A stretch of DNA of 64,000 nucleotides from Bacilli bacterium (lineage in GTDB: Bacteria > Bacillota_I > Bacilli_A > RF39 > UBA660): the NCBI GenBank assembly GCA_017515795.1, contig JAFWEE010000013.1:2010-66009 (forward strand), given 5' to 3'. The notes below the pieces were generated by a model that was not told the DNA's origin, ran no database searches, and worked only from the letters and a program-made list of their open reading frames with translations. This document shows, piece after piece, positions 62,664-64,000 of this stretch; position 1 is the first letter of the stretch, and every line of letters starts with the position of its first letter. A program made the position numbers and the translations under genes.

Positions 62664-62764
62664 AAAGCCTTCTTTTTTGTATTTTAAAAAAGGTCAAATT
62701 ATTTGACATATAATTAGTCTTGTGGTATTATAGAGCACGTTTATTTCAAAGGGGGAATAACAAT

Positions 62765-63910
62765 ATGGAAAAGAAAGATAGATTATGGTATGAAAAGAAA
62801 TACATATCTAAACTTGAAAAAATGAATGCTTTAAAAAATGATGATGAATTAGAAGAAGCAAGAGATGATTTAAACGAATTTAAAAACAATGGTTTTTATG
62901 CTTCATCTAAAGCGGGATCATTAAGCAAAGAAGAATTCTTTGAATCAGAAAATAATAAAAATTATAGAAAATTCGTTACTAAAAATGCTTCACATATAGA
63001 TGAAGTTATTGATGGTAATAAATCTGCAGAAAAAGAAGTAAAAAGAGTTAAAAGAAAAATCGTATTTAGAAGATTTGTAAAAGTAGTTGGTAGTATAGCA
63101 ATAGTTGGTTTAATTGCTTATGGTGTTCATTCTTGTAGTAAAAACAAGAATAATACTAAAGTAATAGCTATTGGAGAAACAACTCCAACAACAACTTATG
63201 CTACAGAAGGTGAAACAACTTCAACTGTTATTACAGAAACTGCTTCAGTAGTAACTGAAAACACTGAACCAAATGAACCTACAACTAGTTATGATGAAAG
63301 TGGTGTTATACCTTCAATATCTGGTGATATGTCTGGTATAGTTATTGGAGAACCAACAACAACTAATGAAACTACAATTCCAACAACAAATGGTACAACA
63401 ACTCCAACAACAAATGGTACAACAACTCCAACAACAAAACCTACAGAAGGAACTGAACCAACATATACTACATTACCTACTGAACCATCAATTCCATCTG
63501 AAACAACAATTCCAACAACAAAACCTACAGAACCTACAACAAATCCAAGTTATGAACCTGGACCAAGTGGAATGCCTGTAGATCCAACTGGTGAACCAGA
63601 ACCAACAACAACATATACTACATTCCCAACTGAATCTACAATTGTTGAACCATCAGAACCAACAACAAAACCTAGTGATGAAACAGGACCAAGTGGAATG
63701 CCTATTGAAACTGGTGGACCAACAGAAACAACTGAAACATATTTCACTATTCCAGGTACTTCTACAAATGTAGAAGCTCCATCAGAAGGTTTATATTATG
63801 ATGGAATGATAATTGATGAAGTATCATATTATGGTTATAGAACTGAAATACCATTTAAAACAAAAACAAATCCTCTTAATACTAAGAGATTAGTTTTAAC
63901 TAGAAAGTAA
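62765..63910 (+). CDS. Single-TM protein with long Thr/Pro/Glu-rich repeat stalk
   Basis: Basic N-terminus, TM VVGSIAIVGLIAYGV, PTT/GPSGMP repeats. Confidence 0.75.
   Translation: MEKKDRLWYEKKYISKLEKMNALKNDDELEEARDDLNEFKNNGFYASSKAGSLSKEEFFESENNKNYRKFVTKNASHIDEVIDGNKSAEKEVKRVKRKIVFRRFVKVVGSIAIVGLIAYGVHSCSKNKNNTKVIAIGETTPTTTYATEGETTSTVITETASVVTENTEPNEPTTSYDESGVIPSISGDMSGIVIGEPTTTNETTIPTTNGTTTPTTNGTTTPTTKPTEGTEPTYTTLPTEPSIPSETTIPTTKPTEPTTNPSYEPGPSGMPVDPTGEPEPTTTYTTFPTESTIVEPSEPTTKPSDETGPSGMPIETGGPTETTETYFTIPGTSTNVEAPSEGLYYDGMIIDEVSYYGYRTEIPFKTKTNPLNTKRLVLTRK
63380..63438 (+). repeat. 24-bp in-frame tandem repeat (2.5 copies)
   Basis: CCAACAACAAATGGTACAACAACT, encoding PTTNGTTT. Confidence 0.9.
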
Positions 63911-63920
63911 GGTGTTAATA

Positions 63921-64000
63921 ATGAAAAAAATAAATGAATTATTAAAATTAAATAAGAAACAATTAGGAGCTTTAATATTAGCATTTACAATGGCTGGTTC
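63921..64000 (+). CDS. Partial ORF with signal peptide/TM (runs off window)
   Basis: AAGGTG RBS; MKKINELLKLNKKQLGALILAFTMAG. Confidence 0.6.
   Translation, partial: MKKINELLKLNKKQLGALILAFTMAG

Overview
A very AT-rich, origin-spanning 64 kb window from a Bacillota (Bacilli-type) chromosome. TGA is used as a stop (e.g. rsmI), so this is genetic code 11. Gene content (sigH, spoVG, noc, comK, divIC, minimal SRP RNA, NiCo riboswitch) suggests a reduced gut Bacilli lineage such as RF39 or Erysipelotrichales; this is inference. oriC lies at about 39.4-41.3 kb (rpmH<-DnaA boxes->dnaA-DnaA boxes-dnaN). Genes to its left are on the minus strand (only dcm is head-on) and genes to its right are on the plus strand. 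The right 38 kb is mostly housekeeping, with three parS sites (two inside dnaX) and a perfect Noc-binding site. The left 26 kb mixes core genes with accessory inserts. These include a DUF4417 three-gene module and a defence-like island at about 9.9-19 kb. The island holds a dead-methylase/TRD/HEPN fusion, a BglII-family REase with a Sau3AI-like C5 methylase whose -35 box contains GATC, an HNH-DGQHR pair and a Ser/Thr kinase. The strongest novelty candidate is an HTH regulator -> palindromic operator -> coiled-coil (DIP1984-like) gene -> ~430-nt structured non-coding RNA with a pseudoknot and competing helices. Other notable non-genic signals are an array of six CAAAAA-N5-TTTTTG boxes, duplicated terminators flanking accessory genes, and a shared 15-bp inverted-repeat element. 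Family assignments come from motif recognition only; no database search was run.
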